From Eledone cirrhosa (taxonomy: Eukaryota), in NCBI GenBank assembly GCA_964016885.1, contig OZ024741.1, positions 228,408,001 through 228,472,000 on the forward strand: DNA of 64,000 bases, in the 5' to 3' direction. The notes under the pieces are model-generated. The model was not told the origin of the DNA. It did no database searches and was given only the letters and a program-made list of their open reading frames with translations. A program made the position numbers and the translations under genes. Within the stretch, counting starts at the first letter, position 1; the number at the start of each line of letters is the position of its first letter. Of the stretch, positions 28,562 to 40,782 are shown piece by piece.

Positions 28562-29172
28562 CATGATGGCTGCCAACTCGTTTTCGAGTACAGCCACTAC
28601 TTTATATCCATGTAGGAGAACCCCTACCGATGCGCTGAACGAGTGTGACTTTTTAGTCCAGCCAGCGACTTGAAAACTCTGGTACAAACACTACACTTGT
28701 GACAATTATTGACACATAGTGCTTTACCTTTGGTACCATGTGACGACAAGTGCAGAGAGATCTCCAGATACAAAGCAATGCCTGTGCCATGAAGCTTTTA
28801 TAGTGAGCAAAGGCACTGCACAAAGCCAGTCCCACTCTCTTAACCAAGATGATATTTACCAAAAAGAAGAACAAGTCAACATCATTGGATACCATCAGGG
28901 TTGCAGGTGTTATATCAGAGTTTTCCTTCTCCTAGAATTCTGCCTTGACAAAGGCTAAGGGGTCATCTCTCCCAGTGATTTTGGATGGCCATTGACTCTT
29001 AAGAGCTCCTTTGCCCTTTGACAGGTTTTGTTTTTAGTCCTGCAGGATGTCCAAAGTCACCCTCCTCACCAAGAAACCTTGGTGGGGTTGCCAGTTTAGT
29101 CGCCAACGACCCGACCATGAGACAGGTTGTACTGGGATACATGTTACCAGTAGCACCAAGTGGTGACCTAGG
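28562..29172 (-). mobile_element. Non-autonomous RTE-derived retroposon with (TATG)n flanks
   Basis: The minus strand carries RTE 5'-UTR-like motifs (CTGGCAACCCCACC; CTAGGAGAAGGAAAACTCTGA). Near-identical copy at 32785-33391; partial relatives at 28105-28480, 31248-31445 and 32433-32690. Confidence 0.6.
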
Positions 29173-29551
29173 TCACATACATACATACATACATACGTAC
29201 GTACATACATACATACATACATACATACATACATACATACATACATACATACATACATACATACACATCCGTACTCATGCATCGCAGATGCATTAGGCTA
29301 TGTAACTACAGATTTAAATAAAAGCCTAGAAATCCAATCGATTAGCATTGTGAAAATTTGGAAGATTCGGAAGATATTCCAAAGATTCTCCATTTCCTGG
29401 AATGATGCACACAGCTACTAGATAAACGTTTTATATTTAGATACATTTTTAAACGTTGATTTATCTAGGTAAATTTCAATAGCTTATCAAGCCTTTTTAA
29501 TTGTAGGCCGTTTCATGAATTTGGTTAATATTTATTATTTCATGTAAATTG

Positions 29552-29765
29552 GGCGGTGGATTGGCAGTATCGGTAGAGCGTCGGACACCATGCTTCACAG
29601 CAGAGAGTTACCTTTACGTTCTGAATTAAAATCCTGCCAAGGTCAGCTGTGCTTTTCATCCTTACAGGGTCGATAAAATAAAGCACCAGTAATGTACTGG
29701 GGTAGAATTAATCGACCCCCCCCCCCTTCAAATTGCTGGCCTTTTCCCTAAAGTAGAAACAATTA
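29552..29765 (+). mobile_element. tRNA-derived SINE, same family
   Basis: Full match. Confidence 0.8.
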
Positions 29766-29897
29766 TTTCATGTAGTTTCGACTGTAATAGTTATTAGATT
29801 CAATATTCTTCATTTTATTTCTTTTTCAAGTTTTCTGGGTTTGACTTTTGTATTAAGCCTTTTAATAGTAGGTTATGTCTTACGCTTTTAGTAAATA

Positions 29898-30400
29898 CTA
29901 GCAGAGGTACCCGGCGTTGCTCGAGTATTAAATAACAGTTGTGTATACCATTTATGTCAATACTTCAGTGCTGCTTCGAAAACTATACGTTTACAAAATC
30001 ATTGGCTTTTTCCAAAAGGGGGTTCCTGCCCCCAGGGGTCCCCTACTCAATATGTGCCAATTCTGAGAGTTCACATTCATCTGTAGGACAAACGTAGCCC
30101 ATGTGTCAAGTTTTGTGAAAATCGGTTGCGAACTCCAGAAGTTATGACGTTTTGTTGCATTGCACTGCAGTGTTTCAGTCGACTCCAAGGAAGTGGTTAA
30201 AGAGGGGTTATCTGCCGGGAGGCCCTATAATCAATATCTAGAAAAATGAAAGTGCCCATGACCATAAGTAACCTATGTCTTAAGTTTGGTGAAAATGCTG
30301 TAGAAATGCATTAGGTTTAATCATACGCGCGCGCGCGCGTATGTGTGTGTGTGGGGGGGGGGTATGTATTTGTGTGTGCGTATGTATGTGTATGTCCGTC
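29898..30400 (-). mobile_element. Non-autonomous Helitron-like element
   Basis: The minus-strand 3' end is a GC-rich hairpin (ctcgagcaacgccgggta) followed by CTAG|T at 29898-29901. Internal aagttt(t/g)gtgaaaat motifs and a microsatellite occur toward the other end, whose position is approximate. Confidence 0.55.
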
Positions 30401-31641
30401 GGTTCATACGTATGTATTTTCCTAAATCTTCACTATTTACTTTTACTATTTTAATAACCTCTGTCATTTTCGTTTTCAATTTTATTTACATCATTCTTAA
30501 ACTCGGGGCTGGAAATCATTCTGTTATTTTAAATAGAATATTAGTCTAACGACTCCATTTATACCATGAACTTGGTCTTGTCTTTGCATGAAATTGTTCT
30601 TCTCGGTCCACATAAAGACATATTATCCTCGCTTTTTCCCGTTCATTGCTAGGGAACGTCTTCCCGAACCAAAATATCGTCTTCCTGTTTTCCTTCGGTT
30701 GCAACGTTTCTCGAAATATTTACTTCTGCATTCACAGATTAATCTCAGTTCAATTTGAATGGGAAATTCCTGTTTCATTGATTTTCTCCGTAAGCATGGA
30801 AGCTTGTAGCTTGAAAGTCGACCCAACGCCTCCTCGGGTCATGCTGCATAATTGTGTAAATTTTCGCTGCATTCCACCAAGCCGTTTCGACGTTTATCCG
30901 ACTACACCTACATATACAACGTCCGACCACTTCCAATTTATACAGTAGATTAATAATTTTACGTAGTTCAAGATAAGATTTGGATGAAGCTAATGAGTGA
31001 TTACAGAGGTTTCGGTTTGTAAAGTGGAATACCGGTTTTGGCTTAAATTAATCATTGTTTCCGGAGTTTAGGTCCGGTAGGTGTAGATTTTGATGTAGTG
31101 AGGTCGTAGTTATTATAGATTATAATAGTTTGTTGTTTTTTTAATACAGAAACTGCATTATACAATCGCAGCTTGATAATGTCTGCCCCCCTCATAGTAG
31201 TAACTGACGTGGATCCTTGGTTGGTTTACGAAATACATAATACATACATGATGGCTGCCCCCTCGTTATCGAGTATGGCCATTGCACAATATAACATTAT
31301 TAATAATTATTATTTAATTCTATCGTGCAATGCCTGTGCGTGAAGATTATTTTTAAGTGAGGAAAGACTGTGTACTGAGCCAATCCCGGTTTCTGAGCGA
31401 CAGTAGCTATAACTCGAAAAGAAGAAAAGATCAACATCATCGGTAACTACATACATACATGCATATGCGAACTTCAACCTGTTAGTAAAACAGTAAAAAT
31501 ATGCTGAAATTGTTTCTAAAGTCCAGTTTGTAACACTTTCTGATTTTGACATCTAAATTATAGCAATGGAGGTTTGTTTCTTTGTTACATACCTGCCTTT
31601 CCATTATAGATAATAATATAATGATTAAAATTAGAGAATAT

Positions 31642-31870
31642 ATAGGAGGAATTTGTAGTTTACTTGAAGCATTGTATATGGAATAAAGAAATCGACGTTT
31701 GAAAGCCACGACAATGTTAAATGGACGAATAAACAAACAAGTCGGGTGAAACAAGAAGTTTCTTTTTTTACCTTAATTTATTTATATGTACTGATATTTC
31801 GAGATTAAAATCTCTTCTTCTGAGGAAAATAAAAGGGGCTAATCCAGTGTCCGACGCAGCGTGCTATACC
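31642..31870 (-). mobile_element. PLE pLTR fragment homologous to 7522-7750
   Basis: Shares ggagga..tagt..acttgaagcattgt and tttcgagat..atctcttctt..gagg, a CAGAAGA-core HHR-like motif. Confidence 0.65.
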
Positions 31871-32024
31871 CTGCTGGTGGAAGTAGAGAATATATACATC
31901 CATATACGAACATGTATACATTGTGCGCACACATACATGCATACAGTCAATGTAGCAAGAACGATACAAGAAAAAAAGAAGATATCTACGGGCCATTGCT
32001 GAGTTGTTTGGTGATTCAATACGC

Positions 32025-32230
32025 GTTCAGTTTCGGTAGACCATCGGATACCATGCTTCGCAGTAAGGAGCTACGGCCCTTTCGTTCTGAGTTAAAATAC
32101 CGCCAAGATTAGCTTTGATTTTCATCTTACAGGGTCGATAAAATAAAGTACCAGTCGCACACTGGGGTCGACTTAATCGAATTTCCCTTTCCCAGAAATT
32201 GCAGGCCTTGTGCCTAAATCAGAACCCCTT
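32025..32230 (+). mobile_element. tRNA-derived SINE, same family (diverged)
   Basis: Core and tail match. Confidence 0.7.
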
Positions 32231-32784
32231 GTTATTGGAGCTACGGCCTGGTCCTTCTTAGTAGTGTGTTAGTGTTTGATGGACCAAAATTTTACTGAAC
32301 GTGGATTCTTGGAGAAATACAGATCCATACATGCAATGACGTCGATGCTTGTACACATACATATATGCATAGATACATACATATGAAAATAAATACATGC
32401 ATATATACACACACATACACATACATACATACATGATGGCTGCAAACTTTGCTAAGAGTATTGCAATCGCTTGACAGATTACAGAAAATGGTGCACTTTT
32501 AGGCTACGGCCAGCCACACTAAACTGTGCTTTGAAAGATTTTAAGTGGAGAAAAGCCTTGTACTCGACTAATCCCACTCTCTGAGCATCGAAAACATTAC
32601 CCGAAAAGGAGAACTGGTCAATATCATCGGATGCTTCCGAAGCCCCAGGTTTTTTTTTCCAGAGTTTTCCTCTATTAGAAAGGTGTTGTGACATACATAC
32701 ATACATACATACATACATACATACATACATACATACATACATACATACATACATACATACATACGTACTTATATACATACATAC

Positions 32785-33391
32785 ATGGTGGCTGCCAACT
32801 CATTTTCGAGTACGGCCACTACTTTATATCCATGTAGGAGAACCCCTACCGATGCGCTGAACAAGTGTGACTTTTTAGTCCAGCCAGCGACTTGAAAACT
32901 CTGGTACAAACACTACACTTATGACAATTATTGACACATAGTGCGGGGCCCATGGTACCATGTGACGACAGGTGCAGAGAGATCTCCAGATATAAAGCAA
33001 TGCCTGTGCCGTGAAGCTTTTATAGTGAGCAAAGGCACTGCACAAAGCCAGTCCCACTCTCTTAACCAAGATGATATTTACCAAAAAGAAGAACAAGTCA
33101 ACATCATTGGATACCATCAGGGTTGCAGGTGTTAAATCAGAGTTTTCCTTCTCCTAGAATTCTGCCTTGACAAAGGCTAAGGGGTCATCTCTCCCGGTGA
33201 TTTTGGATGACCATTGACTCTTAAGAGCTCTTTGCCCTTTGACAGGTTTAGTTTTTAGTCCTGCAGGATGTCCAAAGTCACCCTCCTCACCAAGAAACCC
33301 TGGTGAGGTTGCCAGTATAGTCGCCAATGACCCGACCATGAGACAGGTTGTACTGGGATACATGTTACCAGTAGCACCAACTGGTGACCTG
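32785..33391 (-). mobile_element. Non-autonomous RTE-derived retroposon, second copy, within (TACA)n
   Basis: Near-identical to 28562-29172. Confidence 0.6.
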
Positions 33392-33969
33392 ACATACATA
33401 CATACATATATACATACATACATACATACATATACATACATACGTACATACATACATACATACATACATACATACATACATACATACATACATACATACA
33501 TACATACATACATACATACATACATACATACCCGAGGCCAAATATTCACCTAACCTTTTATTTAGGGAAGGTTATCATTTGTTAAACGTACATTTAGTGA
33601 AAGAAGGGAGAAAATAATGAAAAAGGTGGGACACAACTTGAATAAATGAATGAATGAATAAATAGATAAATAAATAAATAAGGAGATAATAAATGAATGA
33701 GAGAAAGAAAGAATGAAAGAAAGAGAGAAAGAAAGGAGGAGGGAAAATGAGAAAAATAGTACTGAAAAGAAAAGATGTTACGCCTCACTGTTTAAAAAAC
33801 TTCACTGAACCAGAACAATACGCGTTTTGTATAGAAGAGATGAAACTAACGGTTAGTTGTGTCGTTGTCTCGGTTTCAATTCTTTGTGAGGGAGCTGCTT
33901 TAACCCTTTTGATACTAAACCACATGAAATCATTTCTGGTTCTACGATACAAAACTACTTATTTTAAAG

Positions 33970-34258
33970 CAGGCATGAGCAACCTTTTTCGAGAAGCGGG
34001 CCGCATGAGATATGGCTCATCATCAGGTGGGCCGTAAACGCTAATTTACATTCGAGCCCACATTAAAAAAGGGCGGTAACTCTGGTTGTTTTTATTTGTT
34101 TCTTCAAAATTCGTACAAGTTGTTTTCGTCGTTCGTAAAACTGATACAAAGATAAATTATGACTGAAAAGTTGGGGTAAAAAAATCAGAAAGATTTCACT
34201 TAGGTGACTTAGGCGAGCCATTCAGAAAGATTCGCGGGTCGCAGGTTGCCCATGACTG
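33970..34258. mobile_element. hAT-family MITE (289 bp)
   Basis: TIRs CAGGCATGAGCAACCT / AGGTTGCCCATGACTG; perfect 8-bp TSD TTTTAAAG at 33962-33969 and 34259-34266. Confidence 0.9.
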
Positions 34259-34867
34259 TTTTAAAGTGTTTATATTTATCTAAAATTCTTCCGTCATAAT
34301 TTTATCTAAGTACCCGTGTTAAGATATTTACCAAACACCAACTCAATTCTAAGGAAGTTATTTTACTAAATCCTAAAAAATACTTGTATTATCATCGACA
34401 GGTAGATAAACTGATTGGTGGACTGTGATCTGAGATTGAACCACGGTGATAGGGTACCTATCACTGACATTTAGTTGGACTGATTAGTGAGCTATGGTCT
34501 AAGGCTAAACCACTTTGATCTGTAGGGGTGACAATGTATGTTTGAATTTCCCAATATCTTTAATTGGATCTCAACTGAATAAGCATCGACAAAGACAATA
34601 AGAAAAATGACACCAATGCTATCATAAACATCAACAGTGGCGGCCAGAGCAACATTAACAAGAACCCCATTAGCATCAACGACAATAAGAGTACTTAAAC
34701 AATACCAACATTGACAACACCATCTATAACAACAAAAACATCTGCAACATCATTGTAAACATATATATATATATATATAGTAATAATAATAAAATTGAAG
34801 ACTAAAATCCAGAGAGGGCTCGATAAGGAAAATATATATCAAATATATAAGAACCGAAGAGCAAATA

Positions 34868-34947
<80 letters not shown>

Positions 34948-34949
<2 letters not shown>

Positions 34950-35407
34950 CAACAACAACTACAATAACAACAACAACAACTACAACAACTACAACAACAA
35001 CAACTACAACAACTACAACAACAACAAAAACTACAATAACAACAACAACTGCAAAAACAACAACCACAACAACAACCACAATAACAACAACAACACCAAT
35101 AACAACTACAATAACAACAACAACTACAATAATAACAACAACAACTACAACAACAACTACAATAATAACACAACAACAACTACAACAACAACTACAATAA
35201 TAACACAACAACAACTACAACAACAACAACAACTACAATAACAACAACTACAATAACAACAACAACTGCAATGACAACTAGAATAACAACAACTACAATA
35301 ACAACAAAACAACAACAACAACTACAATAACAACAATAACAACAACAACAACTACAATAACAACAACAACTACAACGACTACAACAACAACAACAACTAC
35401 AAAGACT

Positions 35408-35448
<41 letters not shown>

Positions 35449-35600
35449 AACAGTAATGAGAACAATAACAACCACTACAGTAACAATAACATCATCAACA
35501 ACAACATCAACAATAAGAACAACAATGCGAACTACTAAAATAACTATAGATTCAACAACAACAATAACAAACACTACAATAACAACAACATTATCAAACA
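34948..35600. repeat. Degenerate (AAC/TAC/AAT)n trinucleotide tract
   Basis: Direct. Confidence 0.9.
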
Positions 35601-36108
35601 AAGAATTTTGTAGGTTACATCATGTACACGAGAGGATAGCGGTGTCAACTCTATTAAATCTAATAGAGTTGACATTTGACCTGCTAAAGAGAGGGAGGTA
35701 ATAATGGGGGTGAATGTCACAGAGCGAGGGGGGGGGGGGGTAAAAAGAGAATGAGAGAAAGGAAGAAAGTGAGAGAAAACTAAAGAGAGGCATCTTCAGG
35801 TATAAATTGCGTAATAGAGGTATACCAACGGAATGATGGTAAACTTAAAGGAAACAAGCAATGAAAAACAAAACAGAAGAAAAAAGTTGTGTTTATGATT
35901 TTGACCCACAGACGAACGACGCATCGTGCCGCAACACTGCCTCAGAGACGACGAAGCATGGGCGATTGCTGGTCTTCCACAAACACACCTTGCCCAGACT
36001 TGTACCTCGGAAGGGAACTTGGGGGAAGTGGGAAAACGACACACACACACGATCTTCATTCTAATATGTGTGGTTTGTCATTTCTGTTTACTTTTTACAC
36101 ACACACGC

Positions 36109-36182
<74 letters not shown>

Positions 36183-36184
<2 letters not shown>

Positions 36185-37589
36185 CGGAGGAAATGTGGTA
36201 AGGAACCAGGTGAACCATAACGCACCAAAGTACTCAATACTTAGGGTAGTAGAGTGGGTAATAGGAACGAGTAGGAACCCGACTGCTGAGCTCAAGCCGT
36301 TTCGACGGCTAATTCTGGACTAAATGAAAATTTTTATCCTGGTATTTGAATAGCCGAGCTTCTCAAGGGGTAATTCCATATATGGTAAAGGTGATTGTCA
36401 CAAGGATTGGTCAAAAGTTTGTTGTTGAGACATAATAATTCTATGAAGGCAATTTGTGGAGGGAGGGGTAGCTGAACCTGTATTAGGAGAAAGAGGGAGA
36501 GGGGTGGAGGAGACCCAGTCATGCCTTGATAGTGCCGACTACAGCTGGGCATGAGGTCAAAGAAGATACTAGGAGGAGGAGGGGGAGGAAGTCGAAACAG
36601 TAAGTAAAACAATATGGCGTAAATATATAGAAAAATACCGAGAGTGTTAAAAAGCAATTAAATATTAAAAAAAAAAAAAAAAATTTCTGGTTACTACGAC
36701 CTAAGTCTCTCACTGGTACTGCTAGGCTAAAGAAAGGTTTAAAAGGTGGGACGGAATTATAATGAGACCCTTTTAAGAGGTATAAGTAATAAACCGAGTA
36801 TATCTTACGGTGACGGGTCAACAAGTGAGGGGCCAAAATACTAAAGAAACTACCACGAAATAATAAATAAAGGTTTCTACCCCAGGTACAAGGCCAGCAA
36901 CCACCCAGTGCAAAAAAGTAAACTAATACGAAATAATAATTCAGAATCCCGAAAAAGAATACTAATACTATCTCTAAGGGTGCCGCCACGATACAAAAGT
37001 TCTAGTGCAAACTACATAAATGCTCGTACGAAGTATATGTAAAATTTGATACGGAAAATTAATTCAGAATCCCCCCCCCCCCCCCCAACAAAAATACTGA
37101 TATACGAGAAAATTAAAGCAAAGATGCCACTAAGAAATATAGAAAGCACGGAAAAGGGGTAGCGGTCGGATAAGAAGGCAAGTATCTGGGATCTAACACA
37201 TCTGCTATAAAAAGCGGAGTCGGCCAAATCTATCATAGAAAAGGGGAAGGGGTGGGGGTACTGAGGCTACAAAGGACCGAGGGGCTGCCTCAGGTGGGCG
37301 AGAAAATGAAAAGGGCGACGACAAAGAAAGAGAACTGGGGTGGAAGGACTAGGGAGGGATGGGGGGGGAGAAGGAAATATAGAGGAAGCGATAAAAAGAT
37401 ATAAAAGAAGATCTTACGTCTACCTTTGCAAGCAGGGGTTACCCATTACAAAATCAGCAAGTGGGGTGTTATAGCCCTAGTCTACCCCCCCCCCCCGGGT
37501 CATTATGAGGTTTGAGGGCGAGGTTAGTCCTACGCAATCTGTGTTTACATGCAGTAACCAGTTCATCTTGTTTAGGAGTTGGTCCGTCG

Positions 37590-37592
<3 letters not shown>
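36183..37592 (-). mobile_element. 3' end of a second Naiad-type PLE family
   Basis: The minus strand at ~37590-37500 encodes DQLLNK..ELVTACKHRLRR, homologous to the Naiad C-terminus LLNKKSEVFASCQHR. Homologous to 54735-56590; (TA)n on both sides. Confidence 0.7.
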
Positions 37593-37623
<31 letters not shown>

Positions 37624-37628
<5 letters not shown>

Positions 37629-38542
37629 CAGGTTTAGCAAATAAGAAAAAGTTTCAAAATAAAATTTAAAAAATTAACTTTACTCACTATGGTTACCGTT
37701 ACCGAATCGGTTTCGAGTCTCAAAAATAAACGGACAGCCCATACGGCATCCGTTGCAAAGATAAACTCTCGTCAGAAGGATCTTTTCACTCGGTGAATAT
37801 AAAATTCCCGAGTTCAAATTACAAACTGGCGCTATTCAAAATTGTTCCGAGATGAGAATAAATGATGTGGGAGCAATTCCTTCAAGTGCCGTGTGTAAAG
37901 ATAGAAGCAAAGGCAGGGAGGTCAGTTTACTACCACTATAACTAGCAGCAGTCAGAACGACCACATTTTTTCTCGACCAAGATGAGAATAATAATAAAGT
38001 ATATATATCCCTACACGCACAAAGCGCTTAGGGAAACATGTATTGTCCAATCATATGCCAAAGTGGTTCAATGGCAGGTTAATAAATTAACGAGCCAGAA
38101 CATATATAATCAGGTTTAGCAAATAAGAAAAAGTTTCAAAATAAATTTTAAAAAATTAACTTTACTCACTATGATTACCTTTACCGAATCGGTTTCGAGT
38201 CTCAAAAATAAACGGACAGCCCATACGGCATCCGTTGCAAAGATAAACTCTCGTCAGAAGAGTGAAAAGATCCTTCTGACGAGAGTTTATCTTTGCAACG
38301 GATGCCGTATGGACTGTCCGTTTATTTTTGAGACTCGAAACCGATTCGGTAAAGGTAATCATAGTGAGTAAAGTTAATTTTTTAAAATTTATTTTGAAAC
38401 TTTTTCTTATTTGCTAAACCTGATTATATATGTTCTGGCTCGTTAATTTATTAACCTGCCATTGAACCACTTTGGCATATGATTGGACAATACATGTTTC
38501 CCTAAGCGCTTTCTGCGTGTAGGGATATATATACTTTATTAT
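37624..38542. mobile_element. HHR-bearing element: 482-bp partial tandem (minus strand) plus fold-back inverted copy
   Basis: The block at 37624 repeats at 38106; ~37994-38260 is the reverse complement of 38273-~38540; three HHR copies; (TA)n flanks. Confidence 0.9.
38269..38360 (+). ncRNA. Canonical type I hammerhead ribozyme with complete stem III
   Basis: gat-cctt-CTGACGA(38276-38282)-gagttt..acgga..tccgt..gagactc-GAAA(38337-38340)-CCGattCGG-TA^aagg-ta-atc. Predicted cleavage after 38351. Minus-strand copies at 37692-37782 and 38173-38260. Confidence 0.88.
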
Positions 38543-38555
38543 ATATATATATATA

Positions 38556-39159
38556 TTAAAGAGTTAAACAAGATTCAAAGAATGAGTTTTACAGTAGATT
38601 GGAAGCACTCTACAGTAAAAAATTATTTTCCAGAGTTATTAATATTAAAATACAAATATTAATAAAATAGATGTTCTTTTGATCAATTAAATTTTACTAT
38701 ACATATTTCAGAGGTACAACAGTACGTCCTCATCAGACAAAATATAATGATGCATGACATACCCTGAGATGTTAAATGGTTAAGATTTAATCAAGGTAGT
38801 GAGTAACCTAAGAGAAAACTCAACATTTATACCCTAATAATGAGAAAATGTGAAAACGTAATAAATTCAATAGAGGATGTATGAGTAAGAAAAACGTTGC
38901 TTAATGTGACAGCTATAGAGATTTTAAAATGTGGGATACTACAATTTATTACGTTTTCACATTTTCTCATTATTAGGGTAAAAATGTTGAGTTTTCTCTT
39001 AGATTAATCACTACCTTGATTAAATCTTAACCATTTAACATCTCAGCGTATGTCATGTATCATTATATTTTGTCTGATGAGGACGTACTGTTGTACCTCT
39101 GAAATATGTATAATAAAATTTAATTGATCAAAAGAACATCTATTTTATTAATATTTGTA

Positions 39160-39166
<7 letters not shown>
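38556..39166 (-). mobile_element. PLE pLTR fold-back element (~225-bp arms + tail) with two HHRs
   Basis: 38641-38867 is inverted at 38943-39166; the tail 38556-38640 is homologous to 43370-43465. Confidence 0.85.
39067..39119 (+). ncRNA. Minimal type I HHR (inverted copy at 38691-38743, minus)
   Basis: attttgt-CTGATGA-ggacgtac-tgtt-gtacctct-GAAA-tatgta-TA^ataaaat. Confidence 0.78.
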
Positions 39167-39199
<33 letters not shown>

Positions 39200-39200
<1 letters not shown>

Positions 39201-40768
39201 TCAGGTTTGAGGTTCACCACTGGATAGAGCTGGTCAATTCCGTATGGTCAATCTCAATGTAATAATATGGAGAGTACCCAACGTAAAGCAGTTCAACCGT
39301 CTTTGTTTTTGTAGTTGGTGGTGCTATTACGGGGTTAAATATTATAATGAAATGACAGGAGGCTGGATTTGTGTAAATCCTTGAAAGGTTTATTATACTA
39401 TGATCATTTCAATGACCGGTTTCCGTATGAATCCGGTGATATCATCAGGTATTCCAAATATAATAAGTGAATGTAATAGATAAAATCCATGGGGCTGAAA
39501 ATCTAAGACCCGCGGACGACCGCCATCCAGCATCTTCCACCTTTGCCGGTCGCCCTCGAGTGACGTGGTTAAAGCTTACAGTGTGCTACTACCGGTCAAA
39601 TAAAGGAAAACAGAAAGGGATAGGAACATAAGTCAGCGTTAATATCATGCCACAAGAAAAAAGAAAGAAAGAAAGAAAGAAAGAAAGAAGAGAGAAGAAG
39701 GGGGAAGAAAGAAAAAGAGAAGCCAGGGTTAATGTCAGAAGAAAGACAGAAAGAAAGAGGAGGAAAGGTCGGTATTACAGTCAGCCCAGGAATGTCGCGA
39801 AAACATTTTTATTCTAAGGGTCCCGTATCTTAACAACTACTGCCGGTCAAATATAGGCAAACAAAAAGGGGGAGGAAGATAAGTCAGCGTTAATATCATG
39901 CCACAAGGAGAAAGACAGAAAGAAGGGAGTAGAGAAGGAAGAAAAGGAAGAAGAAAAGTCAGGGTTGATGGCTACAAGAAAAAAAGATAGAAAGAAAGAG
40001 GAAGAAAGGTCGATATTAATGTCAGACTACAGTCAGGCCAGGAATGGCGCGAAAAAAATATTTTCAAAGGGACCCGTATCTTAGCAGAGGTAAATATAGT
40101 GGGGGTCAGTATGTTATAATGTGTGAGCAGAAGATTGGAACGTTACATTTTTGTTTAGACTTATAGGATGAAGTTAAAAAATTAATATTTAATATTAACA
40201 TTATAAAATTAATGAAATTAGAAAATTTAAAGTTAAACAGTTTAACATTTTTAAGGTTGCGAGGTTTAAGCAAAGAAAGAGTCTTTTATAAAGACATTTT
40301 ATTATAGAGTAAAGATTATGTCTTTGTTTAGCCGTCAAACAGCATGCGGCGACTACAAGCTTGTAGTCGCCGCATGCTGTTTGACAGCTTCATTAACCCT
40401 GGCTTCTCTTCTTCTTCCTTTCCCCTTCTTCTCTCTTCTTTCTTTCTTTCTTTTTTCTTGTGGCATGATATTAACGCTGACTTATGTTCCTATCCCTTTC
40501 TGTTTTCCTTTATTTGACCGGTAGTAGCACACTAAGCTTTAGCCACGTCACTCGAGGGCGACCGGCAAAGGTGGAAGATGCTGGATGGCGGTCACCCTCG
40601 GGTCTTTGATTTTCAGCCCCATGGATTTTATCTATTACATTCACTTATTATATTTCGAATACCTGATGATATCACCGGATTCATACGGAACCCGGTCATT
40701 GAAATGATCATAGTATAATAAACCTTTCAAGGATTTACACAAGTCCAGCCTCTTGTCATTTCATTATA
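39200..40768 (-). mobile_element. PLE pLTR element with ~390-bp inverted arms and two HHRs
   Basis: 39343-39734 is inverted at 40391-40768; tail at 39200-39340; (TA)n flanks. Confidence 0.85.
40659..40716 (+). ncRNA. Minimal type I HHR with palindromic TGATCA stem III (inverted copy at 39395-39452)
   Basis: atac-CTGATGA-tatcaccgg..ccggtcatt-GAAA-TGATCA-TA^gtat. Confidence 0.8.
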
Positions 40769-40782
40769 TATATATATATTAT

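Noticed and set aside
38162-38371. Mirror-image 66-aa ORFs on both strands
   Set aside because: A by-product of the DNA palindrome.
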